A stretch of DNA of 64,000 nt from Macrostomum hystrix (lineage: Eukaryota > Animalia > Platyhelminthes), in NCBI GenBank assembly GCA_950097015.1, contig CATNEN010000038.1:9982001-10046000 (forward strand), read 5' to 3'. The notes beneath the pieces were generated by a model. That model was not told the DNA's origin and searched no databases. It saw only the letters and a list, made by a program, of their open reading frames with translations. A program made the translations under genes and the position numbers. Numbering within the stretch: position 1 is the first letter of the stretch; the number at the start of each line of letters is the position of its first letter. Positions 1-11,400 of the stretch are shown here, piece by piece.

Positions 1-45
1 GTCCGCAACGTTCCTGCTGTTATTATTATTATCAACAGCACTCAC

Positions 46-3000
46 CAGGCGTATACTCGAATGCGATTCTAAACCCTGTAGACTCTCCGAGACGATCGGA
101 CTCAAAGGTGATTCGCGCACTCGACTTCACTGCCCAATAAACTCCTCCGAACATGCCGCCTCCCCAGCCGCAGACAGCAGGGCGAGCCTCATCGGCCAGC
201 TTCACACAGTCCCCGTCAGCAAGTGAGGCGTTGACTAGAAGCAGCTGGACGAAGTGTCCTGCAATTTCAGGGAGTCTCCACTGGCACGACATGCCTGGAG
301 AATAGGGCGTTGCATCGTAGGTCGCATGGCTGGTGATGAATCCAGTCCTTCGAGTTGGCCGCAAATTCTTCAACACCATCGGACCGCAGGAGCTATTATT
401 AGCTGCAGCAATGAGGGAGATATAGGTGCACACTTGACAGGACTTCTTATCTCTTGTCAGAAATGCTAGACTAAATGAGTCACAAACAAACTTACGGTTT
501 TCAGTGACGTCGTAACGCATTCGAAACCCATTGTTAGACAATAATAAATCAGATTTAAAGTACACAGTCATCATATTCGACGTGGAGATGTACTTAGGAG
601 AGACGTAGCCATCGGAAGCCCGCAAGCTAACTGTGTCAATACGGCGAGAGTTTCTCCCGCCGTCAAACAGGGTGACGAAGCTTTGGCCCTGATCCAGGTC
701 GACATAAATGAACCATGCCACGACTCGCTTGCCGATCGGTGCGCTGAGCTCCCAGGTGCAGCGCGCTTTCCACGGGTGAAGCGATTTATCTGCGCGCGAG
801 TGACTCTCGATTTCTCCGCCGCCGACTACTGTTATCGTTCTAAATTCTTGGCAGACTGAAAATTACAAAAGCTGTCTTAGTTGATCCTAATCAAAGCAAT
901 AGTTAGGGGGCTCAGGGAACTGGAGCGAATGCTGAATTTTTAACTGCTTTTGAAGTGGGTCGCTAGTTTATTAACTTATCTTAATTCGTCACTTTGCAGC
1001 AACGTTTATTAACTTATCCTTTCTCACAATTCTCACAAAGGAGTGCCTTGTGTATGCCTGAGCATGCGATTATTGCCTTCCTTTCTGGGGTGCCTGCCTC
1101 ACGATCTTTAAAGTTTGCACTTATGAGTCTTGTTCTTTTTTTAGCTTCAAGTCTGCCTGTCCTAGGATTCTCCCTTCTACGCATGTGCATGTAGGTATTT
1201 AGTGACGTCAGAGCTATTTTTAGCAACATACCTTATGTCATTGGTCTGTGCTTTGCTTATCTGACTCAGTTTCTATAAATAGAAACTCACGTGATGCTAT
1301 TCTAACCCTCCTTTGTGTGCTATATAAGCAGTACCCTGTCGAAACCAAGACCGACCATAATCTATCTATTGAGACAGCTTCAATGTATTTCCTACTCATT
1401 CTGCTATGTGAATAGCTTATTGTGTGCCTCTGAGCCCGCTAATTAAAGACTTTGGTAACTTCGTTAATTATAAAATTACTTATCGCTACAACCACTAATT
1501 TCCGGTTGGGGGCAACGAGAGCCTGCGAGAGCTCTGGTTTCGACTCTGACTACTTTATCTTCGAGTGTGAAGCTTCTTTCTGACCGCAGTGCGAGGAACT
1601 TCTAGACACTGGTGACATCTCTCACAGATCTTACTGCTGATTAGTACCAACCCAGGCTTCAGATTGGAGTCGTTTGCCTTTAAGTTTGCTAATATTGTAT
1701 TTTGAATGGGCAAGCAATTCACTTACCATGAGAATAGGTCTTGTATCGGATTCTGAAGCTAGACGTGTAGCTTCGAGCTCTAGTGCTAAAGCTAATAGTA
1801 ACGCTGCTCGCATTCGTGTGTAAGGCCTGTTGCAAATAATCGGTCGCATTTGTAGCTGAAGTAATTGTGAGCACGTTTCCGAGAGCATTGTCTAGCAGAA
1901 TGATTCTATCGCTTGGTGACGACAAACTCAGCTTTAGAAACTGAACGGTGATGTGGCTACCCGGAGCTTGCTCGATGATCCAATGGCAAGTGATGCTGCT
2001 GCTCTGTGGACTGATCTTATTCGACGAGCTTCGCCCAATGCCGCTGTGTGTCTCTATTTCACCTTCAGGAGCCGTCAGGCGACGGGCGCTTGAGCAAACT
2101 GAAGCATTGAGGGGTTTGCTGTCTTCTGTTCAACAAACTTTACTCTTGTGTTAAAGGGTCAGTGCTTCGGAATTATGACCAAAAGTTCGCGTCCATGAGC
2201 AAGAACCTAATGCCTTTGTGCTTTAGTTAACCCAGCTGTAAATGGGTAGCGGCACGGTAGAAATTTGAGTAGGTTTAGCAGGCCAGCCTTGTCAGTATTG
2301 AGTCTGTCTTAAGCAATCTGCTGGGTTGAACCTGTGATTTCTAAAACGTCATATCCGTACTGAAGGTCTCTCTCGGGGAATGAGTGGCCGAGCGGTTAAC
2401 GCGTTTGCGACTCGCACCGAGGTCCCTATTCATAAACGATGAAAAAGCCTGGCAGAAATACAAATTGGTGTGAGCGTGTGCCTGAGTATATTATGTGTGC
2501 TTGTGTGCTCAGGAGTCAGCGAAAGGGGCAGAATAGCCTCCTCGCTGGCTGCGGGTCTACAGTCACCAAATAATGTGCCACTGCCCCCAGCCCTCCTGCA
2601 AATATGATTATTATTACGTACTGAAGGCCTCACTCTGCGTTCCAAGTGTGAACTCACATTCATCGTACCAGTAGAGAATTCGGAATCCTGTAGACTCGGA
2701 TGCCTTGTCAGTACGGAACGCAATGGCCACCGAGCCGACAGCAAACAGCTCAAGCTGGTCCAGCGCCATCCAGCCTGTCAGACTGACCTGCCTTCTGCTC
2801 CGTCGGCCGAGCCACAAACCAGTCAGGATCAGTGAGTCTCCGTCGCCCAATGACAGGTTTTCCAGCGACAGGTGAATGAACTTGTCATACATCGCGGGCA
2901 GGTTCCACCGGCAGGTCATGTTGGGCGCGTAGGGAGCCCACCCTGCAGCGAAATGGCTTTCAATCAGGCCAGAGTTGGCCCAAGAGTTTGTGGCCAGTTT

Positions 3001-4348
3001 GTCAGTGCAGGAGCTGCTCTTTGCTAAAATGAACATCTGGCAGACATCAATATTGGTCCTGTGTAATATTTGTGAGAGCTAATCATTTCTAGTCCAACTC
3101 ACGACTCTCAGTGACATTGTATCGGAGCCGAAAGCCTAATCCGGCAAAGCTGGAATCGGAAACAAACACCACAGTCATAGTGCTTCCGGAGGAGATGTAC
3201 TTCGGCGATAAGAACTGCCGATCTTTCGCTTTGCTGACCTTCGCAATGACCCGAGACTCGCTGCTACCGTCTAGCAGAGTTACAAAGTCAAAGCTTTCCT
3301 CCAGATCAACGAAGGCAAACCAGGCTGCAACTCTGCTGCCAAGAGGCGCATTGATCTGCCAGGTACAATGAAGGTTGCTTTCGTGTTTCGACCAGGAAGC
3401 AGCGCTGTGGCTGACCACCTCTCCCTGGCCGGCCGAGATGTTGCGGAAGCCGGCGCAGCCTGTGGGGATTTTGGTGGCGCTTGGAACTGCACTTATCCAC
3501 TTGAACCGAACTGAACCTTACATTTTGGAAATGAAGCTGACATTGTGGAACTGAAGCTGACATTGTGTAACTGAAGCTGACATTGTAGAACTGAAGCTGA
3601 CATTGTGGAACTGAAGCTGACATTGTGTAACTGAAGCTGACATTGTGGAACTGAATCTGACATTGGGAACTGAAGCTGACATTGGGAACTGAAGCTTACG
3701 TTCTGGAACTGAAGCTGACATTGTGGAACTGAAGCTGAGATTGGAGAACTGAAGCTAACATTGTGGAACTGAAGCTGACATTGTGGAGCTGAAGCTGACA
3801 TTGGGGAACTGAAGCTGACATTGAGGAGCTGAAGCTGACATTGTGGAACTGAAGCTGACATTGGGGAACTGAAGCTGACATTGTGGAACTGAAGCTGACA
3901 TTGGGAACTGAAGCTGACATTGGGAACTGAAGCTTACGTTCTGGAACTGAAGCTTACGTTCTGGAACTGAAGCTGAGATTGGAGAACTGAAGCTAACATT
4001 GTGGAACTGAAGCTGACTCGGACAAATATTACGCTCAGGAAAGATATTTATCAGAATCTGTCAAAATTTCTAGACCCCATTTATCCCTGCTCAGGTAGGT
4101 TTAGCTGGAAAGTTCAAGTTGACATTGCTTTGACATTACATTAGCTTTGTCAAAGTAAGCTTTGGCCTTACTTTCGATTTCGCAGTGGCTCGGCGCGCAT
4201 CGGGTAGCGAGCCAGACCGTCAGGTACACGAAGTTCAACAGATCTGCAAGTTTAGTTTTAGAGTTGAGCAGCGTAACTATATGAGCCAGAAACAGGACAG
4301 AACCTACTATGAAGGTAAAACATTATTGATCTTACCGAAACGGGTCAT
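46..4348 (-). CDS. Secreted multi-CUB-domain protein (at least 5 CUB domains; 3' end lies outside the window)
   Basis: Exons 4336-4348, 4172-4243, 3103-3459, 2658-3023, 1727-2098, 496-855 and 46-402 all have GT-AG ends and phase 1-1 junctions. The N-terminus MTRFDLLNFVYLTVWLATRCAPSHC looks like a signal peptide. Each 357-372 bp exon encodes one CUB domain (C...G.I.SH...C.W.I.AP.G.RV...F..VDLE...D.V.L.DG...S...M.V.F.SD.....GFR.RY). A donor GTGAGT at 40-45 shows the gene continues beyond the window. Confidence 0.88.
1190..1490 (+). mobile_element. Candidate solo LTR (TGTAG...CTACA) in a CUB-gene intron
   Basis: 5-bp terminal inverted repeat TGTAG/CTACA; transcription-factor site cluster at 1203-1293, TATATAAG at 1321 and ATTAAA at 1442, in U3-R-U5 order. 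No TSD was found, so the boundaries are uncertain. Confidence 0.4.
2150..2345 (+). mobile_element. Degenerate CORE-like SINE (family B-related)
   Basis: GTCCATGAGCAAGAACCTAA...TTAACCCAGCTGTAAATGGGTAGC resembles the central domain of the copies at 19907 and 32500. Confidence 0.5.
2375..2616 (+). mobile_element. tRNA-derived SINE family A, internally deleted copy
   Basis: A-box-like TGGCCGAGCGG, the shared tail GCCTCCTCGCTGGCTGCGGG...CAGCCCTCCTGC, and an (ATT)n end. TSD of about 19 bp: CGTACTGAAGGTCTCTCTC (2356-2374) / CGTACTGAAGGCCTCACTC (2617-2635). Confidence 0.85.
3503..4018. repeat. 19-20 bp satellite (GGAACTGAAGCTGACATTGT) filling CUB-gene intron 2
   Basis: Tandem units read directly; this array produces the spurious MSASVPQCQLQF ORFs. 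Confidence 0.97.
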
Positions 4349-4740
4349 TCTAACGTTCTCGAAATTGAGCTTCAACTACACTCTGAACGCGATTGGAAGC
4401 TTTTAAAATGCATTAAGACTCTGGAGTTTTGGCCACCTCATCTGTCATACTCTTATTAGCCAGTGTAGTCCAAGCAATTAGGCTTGGTCAATTAGCAACT
4501 AATTAAATTGCAGTTAATGATATTCCGAGGCTTGAAACATACGATTAACCTTTAACGACTGCGCAGAAATTCATTAAACTCTTTACTTTCAAAGCTTTCT
4601 CGTGTGACATTGTTGTAGGAACTCTGTGAAAAAAAACTGCGCATTTTCAGGCACCACGAACTGCATAATAAGCTTTTCTCTCAACAATTTCCCTTTTTCT
4701 ATCAGGCATGAAACTAATGCTGGACTACAGGCCACACATT

Positions 4741-6765
4741 TGGAACTGAAGCTGATATTGGGGAACTGAAGCTGACATTTTGGAACTGAAGCTGATATTG
4801 GGGAGCTGAAGCTGATATTTTGGAACTGAAGCTGATATTGGGGAACTGAAGCTGACATTTTGGAACTGAAGCTGATATTGGGGAACTGAAGCTGACATTT
4901 TGGAACTGAAGCTGATATTGGGGAACTGAAGCTGACATTTTGGAACTGAAGCTGATATTGGGGAACTGAAGCTGACATTTTGGAACTGAAGCTGATATTG
5001 GGGAACTGAAGCTGACATTTTGGAACTGAAGCTGATATTGGGGAACTGAAGCTGACATTTTGGAACTGAAGCTGATATTGGGGAACTGAAGCTGACATTT
5101 TGGAACTGAAGCTGATATTGGGGAACTGAAGCTGACATTTTGGAACTGAAGCTGATATTGGGGAACTGAAGCAGACATTTTGGAACTGAAGCTGATATTG
5201 GGGAACTGAAGCTGACATTTTGGAACTGAAGCTGATATTGGGGAACTGAAGCTGACATTTTGGAACTGAAGCTGATATTGGGGAACTGAAGCTGACATTT
5301 TGGAACTGAAGCTGATATTGGGGAACTGAAGCTGGTATTGGGGAACTGAAGCTGACATTTTGGAACTGAACCTGACATCAGGAACTGAAGCTGACATTGG
5401 GAACTGAAGCTGACATCAGGAACTGAAGCTGACATTGGGAACTGAAGCTGACATTTTGGAACTGAAGCTGGTATTGGGGAACTGAAGCTGAAATTTTGGA
5501 ACTAACGTGATATTGGGGAACTGAAGCTGGTATTGGGGAACTGAAGCTGACATTGGGGAACTGAAGCTGATATTGGGGAACTGAAGCTGACATTTTGGAA
5601 CTGAAGCTGATATTGGGGAACTGAAGCTGATATTGGGGAACTGAAGCTGATATTGGGGAACTGAAGCTGACATTTTGGAACTGAAGCTGATATTGGGGAA
5701 CTGAAGCTGATATTGGGGAACTGAAGCTGACACTTTTGGAACTGAAGCTGATATTGGAGAACTGAAGCTGACATTGTGGAACTGAAGCTGACATTGGGGA
5801 ACTGAAGCTGACATTGGAGAACTGAAGCTGACATTTTGGAACTGAAGCTGACATTTTGGAACTGAAGCTGGTATTGGGGAACTGAAGCTGATATTGGGGA
5901 GCTGAAGCTGACATTGGGGAACTGAAGCTGACATTGTGGAACTGAATCTGACATTGGGAACTGAAGCTGACATTGGGAACTGAAGCTTACGTTCTGGAAC
6001 TGAAGCTTACGTTCTGGAACTGAAGCTGATATTGGGGAACTGAAGCTGACACTTTTGGAACTGAAGCTGATATTGGGGAGCTGAAGCTGACATTTTGGAA
6101 CTGAAGCTGACATTGGGGAACTGAAGCTGACATTTTGGAACTGAAGCTGATATTGGGGAACTGAAGCTGACATTTTGGAACTGAAGCTGATATTGGGGAA
6201 CTGAAGCTGACATTTTGGAACTGAAGCTGATATTGGGGAACTGAAGCTGACATTTTGGAACTGAAGCTGATATTGGGGAACTGAAGCTGGTATTGGGGAA
6301 CTGAAGCTGACATTTTGGAACTGAACCTGACATCAGGAACTGAAGCTGACATTGGGAACTGAAGCTGACATTTTGGAACTGAAGCTGAAATTTTGGAACT
6401 AACGTGATATTGGGGAACTGAAGCTGGTATTGGGGAACTGAAGCTGACATTTTGGAACTGAAGCTTATATTGGGGAACTGAAGCTGACATTTGGGAACTG
6501 AAGCTGATATTGGGGAACTGATAGCTGGTATTGGGGAACTGAAGCTGACATTTTGGAACTGAAGCTGATATTGGGGAACTGAAGCTGACATTTTGGAACT
6601 GAAGCTGATATCAGGAACTGAAGCAGACATTGGGAACTGAAGCTGACATCAGGAACTGAACCTGACATCAGGAACTGAAGCTGACATTGGGAACTGAAGC
6701 TGACATTGGGAACTGAAGCTGACATTGGGAACTGAACCTGACATTGAGGAACTGAACCTAACATC
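4741..6765. repeat. Same 19-20 bp satellite (partly a 40-bp dimer) upstream of the CUB gene
   Basis: GGAACTGAAGCTGATATTGG alternates with GGAACTGAAGCTGACATTTT. Confidence 0.97.
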
Positions 6766-7471
6766 GAAAAAACGACTTGAACAAATTTATTTAGGTTTGT
6801 TTAATTTTTAGAGAAGAACTCGAGCAATTCTACTACTCAGGACACGGACTCAAGCAGTGAGTGCACGACCAAAATAGTTGGTGAAGTTTAGAACGGAACT
6901 TTGCTTTGTTTATTTGCCTGTCAAAGTGAGGGCACAATAATATGCTGCTAGGAATTGAGGTGTGATTCGTGTGCATCATCAGTGGGGTTGAACAACACAG
7001 TCGGCACAAAAACGAAAAAAAAACAATTTAAAATGGTGGACAGTTGGGGTGGCGACAACAGTATTTGAAACTACAGGAACAAAACTAAACAATAATAAAT
7101 TCAAATGATAGAAGCGATTCACAGTTGAATCACATACTGGATACTGGACTGTCTTCGGTACATGAATTCGATGATTGTTCAACAGAAAGCTATTCATTCA
7201 ACTACAGTCCATTGGGCTGCGGTCTACAGTCCACAGTTTGTGATTGACGCTCAGAACAGACAGGCGCAAATTAATTAAGTACGAGAGGAAACCGCGTTCT
7301 GGCCTGCGTTACGTTTTTAAGCATGCTAAATTTTGTTTCTAAGAAGATACTTTGGGATTATGCACAAGCACTGGGTGTTCAAACTTGAGGACTGCGCGAA
7401 ACTTTTAATATATGGAAAAGTTTTAAAGGGCCCCTGTTTTGGAAAGGTTTCACTTCTAAGCGGATACACGT

Positions 7472-7890
7472 AGGAGGGTTCAGTGGCAGAGCGGTTAACG
7501 CGTTTGCCTCTCGTGCTAATGTTCCTGAGCTCGATTCTAAGAGAAGGCATGGTAGCTTGTCGAGGGTCAACCTCCAAGGCACAGTGAATTGTACACTGCC
7601 TGACGTTGAGAAAGTCAGGGCAGATGTACACACCTGCGTGAGCGTGTGCCTGCGTACAGTATCTGTGTGCGTGTGTGCGCAGGAGTCATCGGTTCATCGG
7701 AAGTCAGAGTTTAAGGCAATGGCCTTTGACACGAGCGGCGGTAGCATCATTGGTTAAAATTTCCAACAACCCAATTGCCACTGGCAATTCATTCTATGCA
7801 ATGGCCGACGAGTGCCTGAAGGCCATTGTCTCGAAGTGTAATTTTAGGCAATGGGTCTATTGTCACCAATTAAATTGCCCGCAGCCTCCA
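7472..7890 (+). mobile_element. SINE family A copy interrupted by about 160 bp that contains an inverted repeat
   Basis: Head AGTGGCAGAGCGGTTAACGCG...GAGCTCGATTC, body running to CAGGAGTCA (7689), and tail remnant GGGTCTATTGTCACC...TTGCCCGCAGCCTCC at 7853-7889. Confidence 0.7.
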
Positions 7891-8491
7891 GAAAATAATT
7901 ATATTTTAATGTAATGAAAGGATACATATATAGAAAGTTTATAGAAGGTACGACTGGACCATAATAACTAGACCTTAATACGTAATACGTAATACGTAAA
8001 TATTATCAAAACTAAGTTAAACATTAGGCAAATTTAATAAAACTCTTATATTTAGATATTCACGATGATACACGGGATACGGGAGATTTTTTATTTACTT
8101 TTTAAGAAAAACCTTTTAAGCCTTTAAAACTTTTCCCCCACAATTAAATTAATCCAAAATTGATGAAAATTAAAGCCGACTTGACTACATGATGAAATTT
8201 TGTGAGCAGAAACTTGTGGTTCTTGCCACTAGACACCCCAACTAGAATCATTGAATATCTTGACGATGCCGATGTTTTGTGATGCTGGAAGTTTTACAAT
8301 CGGATAGAACGGAAAGGTTTTGCTTGCGTGCTGGATTTTTGTGGCGATTGGTTGAATATTTTTGGAGATACAACAAAATAAAGAAAAAAATAAGGATCTT
8401 TGAAATACCCCACTGTTAAACCCAAAGTTTAATAAAGAGAAAAAAAACAGAACTGAGCGCCGAAATCTGTGGCTGGCGACAGTCGGCATAT

Positions 8492-11400
8492 TCAGCCGCT
8501 AGATTTGCCGCCGGAGGGGCCGGCAGCAGCGGCCGAACTCGATGAAGACGAAGCGCAGCCGCCGCCGCCGCCACCGCCGCCAAAGACGCCAATGGAGTCC
8601 CGACCAGAAGATCGGTCAGTGTCTGCGCCGTCGGCCGAGTTGGACGAGTCGTCGGACACCTTGGAGGCCTCCTCCTCCTGGACGGAGGCGGCGGCTGCGG
8701 CGGCGGCTGCGGCGGCCTGCTGCTTGTTGTGCGAATGCTTGTGGTAGAACGGCTGCAGGGAGAAGCTGCAAGGATTGGAAAATGTGGGGGGTCTTGGTTT
8801 GGTCCCTGTGGCAATTCTTATGAACTTTATGAAGAATTTTTGTTGTGAGCATTTGAGCAATCAATTCATAATTTTACATCCCCGTTCTGCTGTCTGTTGA
8901 GCACACAAGCACGCAATGGATATACTCGTTCTGTACGCAGGCACAAACTCACATAGGTGAGTACATCGGCCTTGACTTCCTCTGGCAGTGTTCACTATTA
9001 TTTAATCTTATTCAGGTTGGCCCTCAAGGGCGTATAAATTGCTCAACGAGCCCACAAGTGAATTCTAGCTCATGCAGGAACCTTGATGCGAGGTTTTAGA
9101 ACGATACCGCTTATAGTTAAATCGAATTTTGATTCACTTAACTTAAAATCTAATTTACAGAAATTTGAAATAACATTGTATTACCCTGAATAAATGTGCA
9201 CTGTTATTTGTTGTCATCTCCGCTCTAGAAATAAATAAACAAGAACTAAATTACCGCGCAGGACTAATTTCTAATACTTGAAGCATAATCTAGAGTAGAG
9301 CAGCTGTAGCCAGGATCTACGCAAAAACTGATTAGGTGAGGATTAAAATATAATTTAGCATGAAGCAGATTGTTGAACGGACATTAATGACATTTGAACA
9401 AGTTTATTTTTCGCGCCCACCAGCTGCGAGAAACAATGTCCCGTGACAATTGGGGTCTTCTTGCAACACGATCTGGCTGACAAATCCGACTCCCATTGGC
9501 ATGCAAAAACTTGACTGGGATTGTTTGAACAATATTGATAGATCTGAGCGAACAGGTTTGAGTACGATGATAACTTCTGAAAAATATTGGACATTTACTA
9601 AATAATATTATTAATTGTCAACTAAAGAACAGAATGCAGTCTAAAGTGACTAGGTCTAGCGCATATTACACTACACTGTATATAGCTCTAGCCAATGTCT
9701 GCCCAGCGCTGAGTAGAGACTATACTGTAGCGTTTGGCAACTAAAGACGTATATGTTCTTGAATATGAGAATCTATGAAACAAGGCTGGCTTAGTATACG
9801 ACACACATCTGGCTAAGATGATGAAATAGAACGAAAGGCACATGGAGGCTGAGGCCTGTTTTTCAATTAGGAGCTTTTATTCATTATATCATATTGGGCT
9901 TACGATTTGTCCCATAAAGAAGTCTTGCGCACTTTGACACAATGCAACGCCAATTGTTTACACTGGACAGATGCTTAATATTGCTTTTGTCGCGCTATGT
10001 GGAACAGTGGTCATGCAAAACGGAACGGCCCATTGAATTCTATGGCCGAGCGTTTGAATTCACACGAGAAAGTAAGCCATAGACAACTCAAATTGTCATG
10101 CTATGTGGAACGATGAGCCAGAATAGAAGGAACCACATTAGATTTGATTTGCAGAAAGAATAAAAGCAAGCAGAAGCAGAATTGCATTCAAGTGAATCTT
10201 ATTATAAGTCTGCAATTGAAGCATCAGTTACAAAATTTGAACCCCTAAAACAGATGTCACTGCAAACACAATCGAAACAATCGATTGCAGCGCAGCTCCC
10301 AGCCAGCGCACTTGTCAGCAGTGACTGCTTGACCAACAGCTTCAGTCGCCTCTCGTTCAAGTAGCATGAATCTCCACTGCTCAAGTAACACTCCTTCTGG
10401 TGGAACTTGCTCATCCTCAACTATGCCGGCTTCCGCCAAACGGTTTTTGAGATTTGACTTCAACGCAGAGTTAGTAAATTCGGTCGGGTTTAGAAATTGT
10501 GAATACGGGGGCAGGATTCGTGTCGTAATTCTGTCCCGATAGTTCTCTCGGATCTCCACATTACGATGAAAATTTGGGCCATCCATTAAAATTTCCTGTT
10601 TCCTGTAGGGTCCAGTTGATGGCAGCGGTCTGCTAGGTGGTCTAAAAATTCTTGAAACCTTTGCTGCGTTTGGCCAAGAAAATGAAAGCGTGTTGTTGTC
10701 TCTGTGAAAAACTAAAATCGTTCCTTCTATTCTGGCTCATCGTTCCACATAGCATGACAATTTGAGTTGTCTATGGCTTACTTTCTCGTGTGAATTCAAA
10801 CGCTCGGCCATAGAATTCAATGGGCCGTTCCGTTTTGCATGTCCACTGTTCCACATAGCGCGACAAAAGCAATACTGATGCTTAACTTTAAATACCAGTA
10901 CATACAAAGATAACTTCCGTTTCGTTAAACATATTTCGAAAACTTTTTTCTACAATTTTTTTTTAAGTCGCGCTGAAAGAAAGTTTACGAATAAAATACT
11001 CGTACGTCAAAAAACGTCAAAACAATCTGAAACGGGATCCATTGACCCATTGTCAGCGAGGAGGCAATTCTGTCCATTCCGCTGACTCCTGAGCACACAC
11101 TCACACAGATACCGTACGCAGGCACATACACAGGTGTGTACATCTGCCCTGGCTTTCTCATCATCAGTCAGTGAACATGTCACCGTGCTTGAAGGTTGAC
11201 AATTAAGGGCGTAAATTGCATGACAAGCCCCCAAGCCTTCTCTCCGCGGCTGCGCCCAAAATCAAGGTGACCACGCCGTGGAATCGAACTTAGGGACCGT
11301 GGTGCGAGAGACAAATGCGTTATCCGCTCTGCCACTCACCCCCGTCATCTCCCCTTTGTGGTGCATAAAGCTCTTTTACTACTTTCCTGATTTTAATGCA

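Noticed and set aside
1500-1625. TGGGGGC and TGGTGACA as primer-binding sites of an LTR element
   Set aside because: Neither sits correctly after the proposed LTR end, and no gag/pol sequence follows.
3493-6764. Long repetitive ORFs (MSASVPQ...; also 15192-16383, 21042-22229, 23372-25236, 36169-37211, 42657-43549, 54623-55722)
   Set aside because: They are translations of tandem arrays, often open in several frames, and lie in introns or intergenic DNA.
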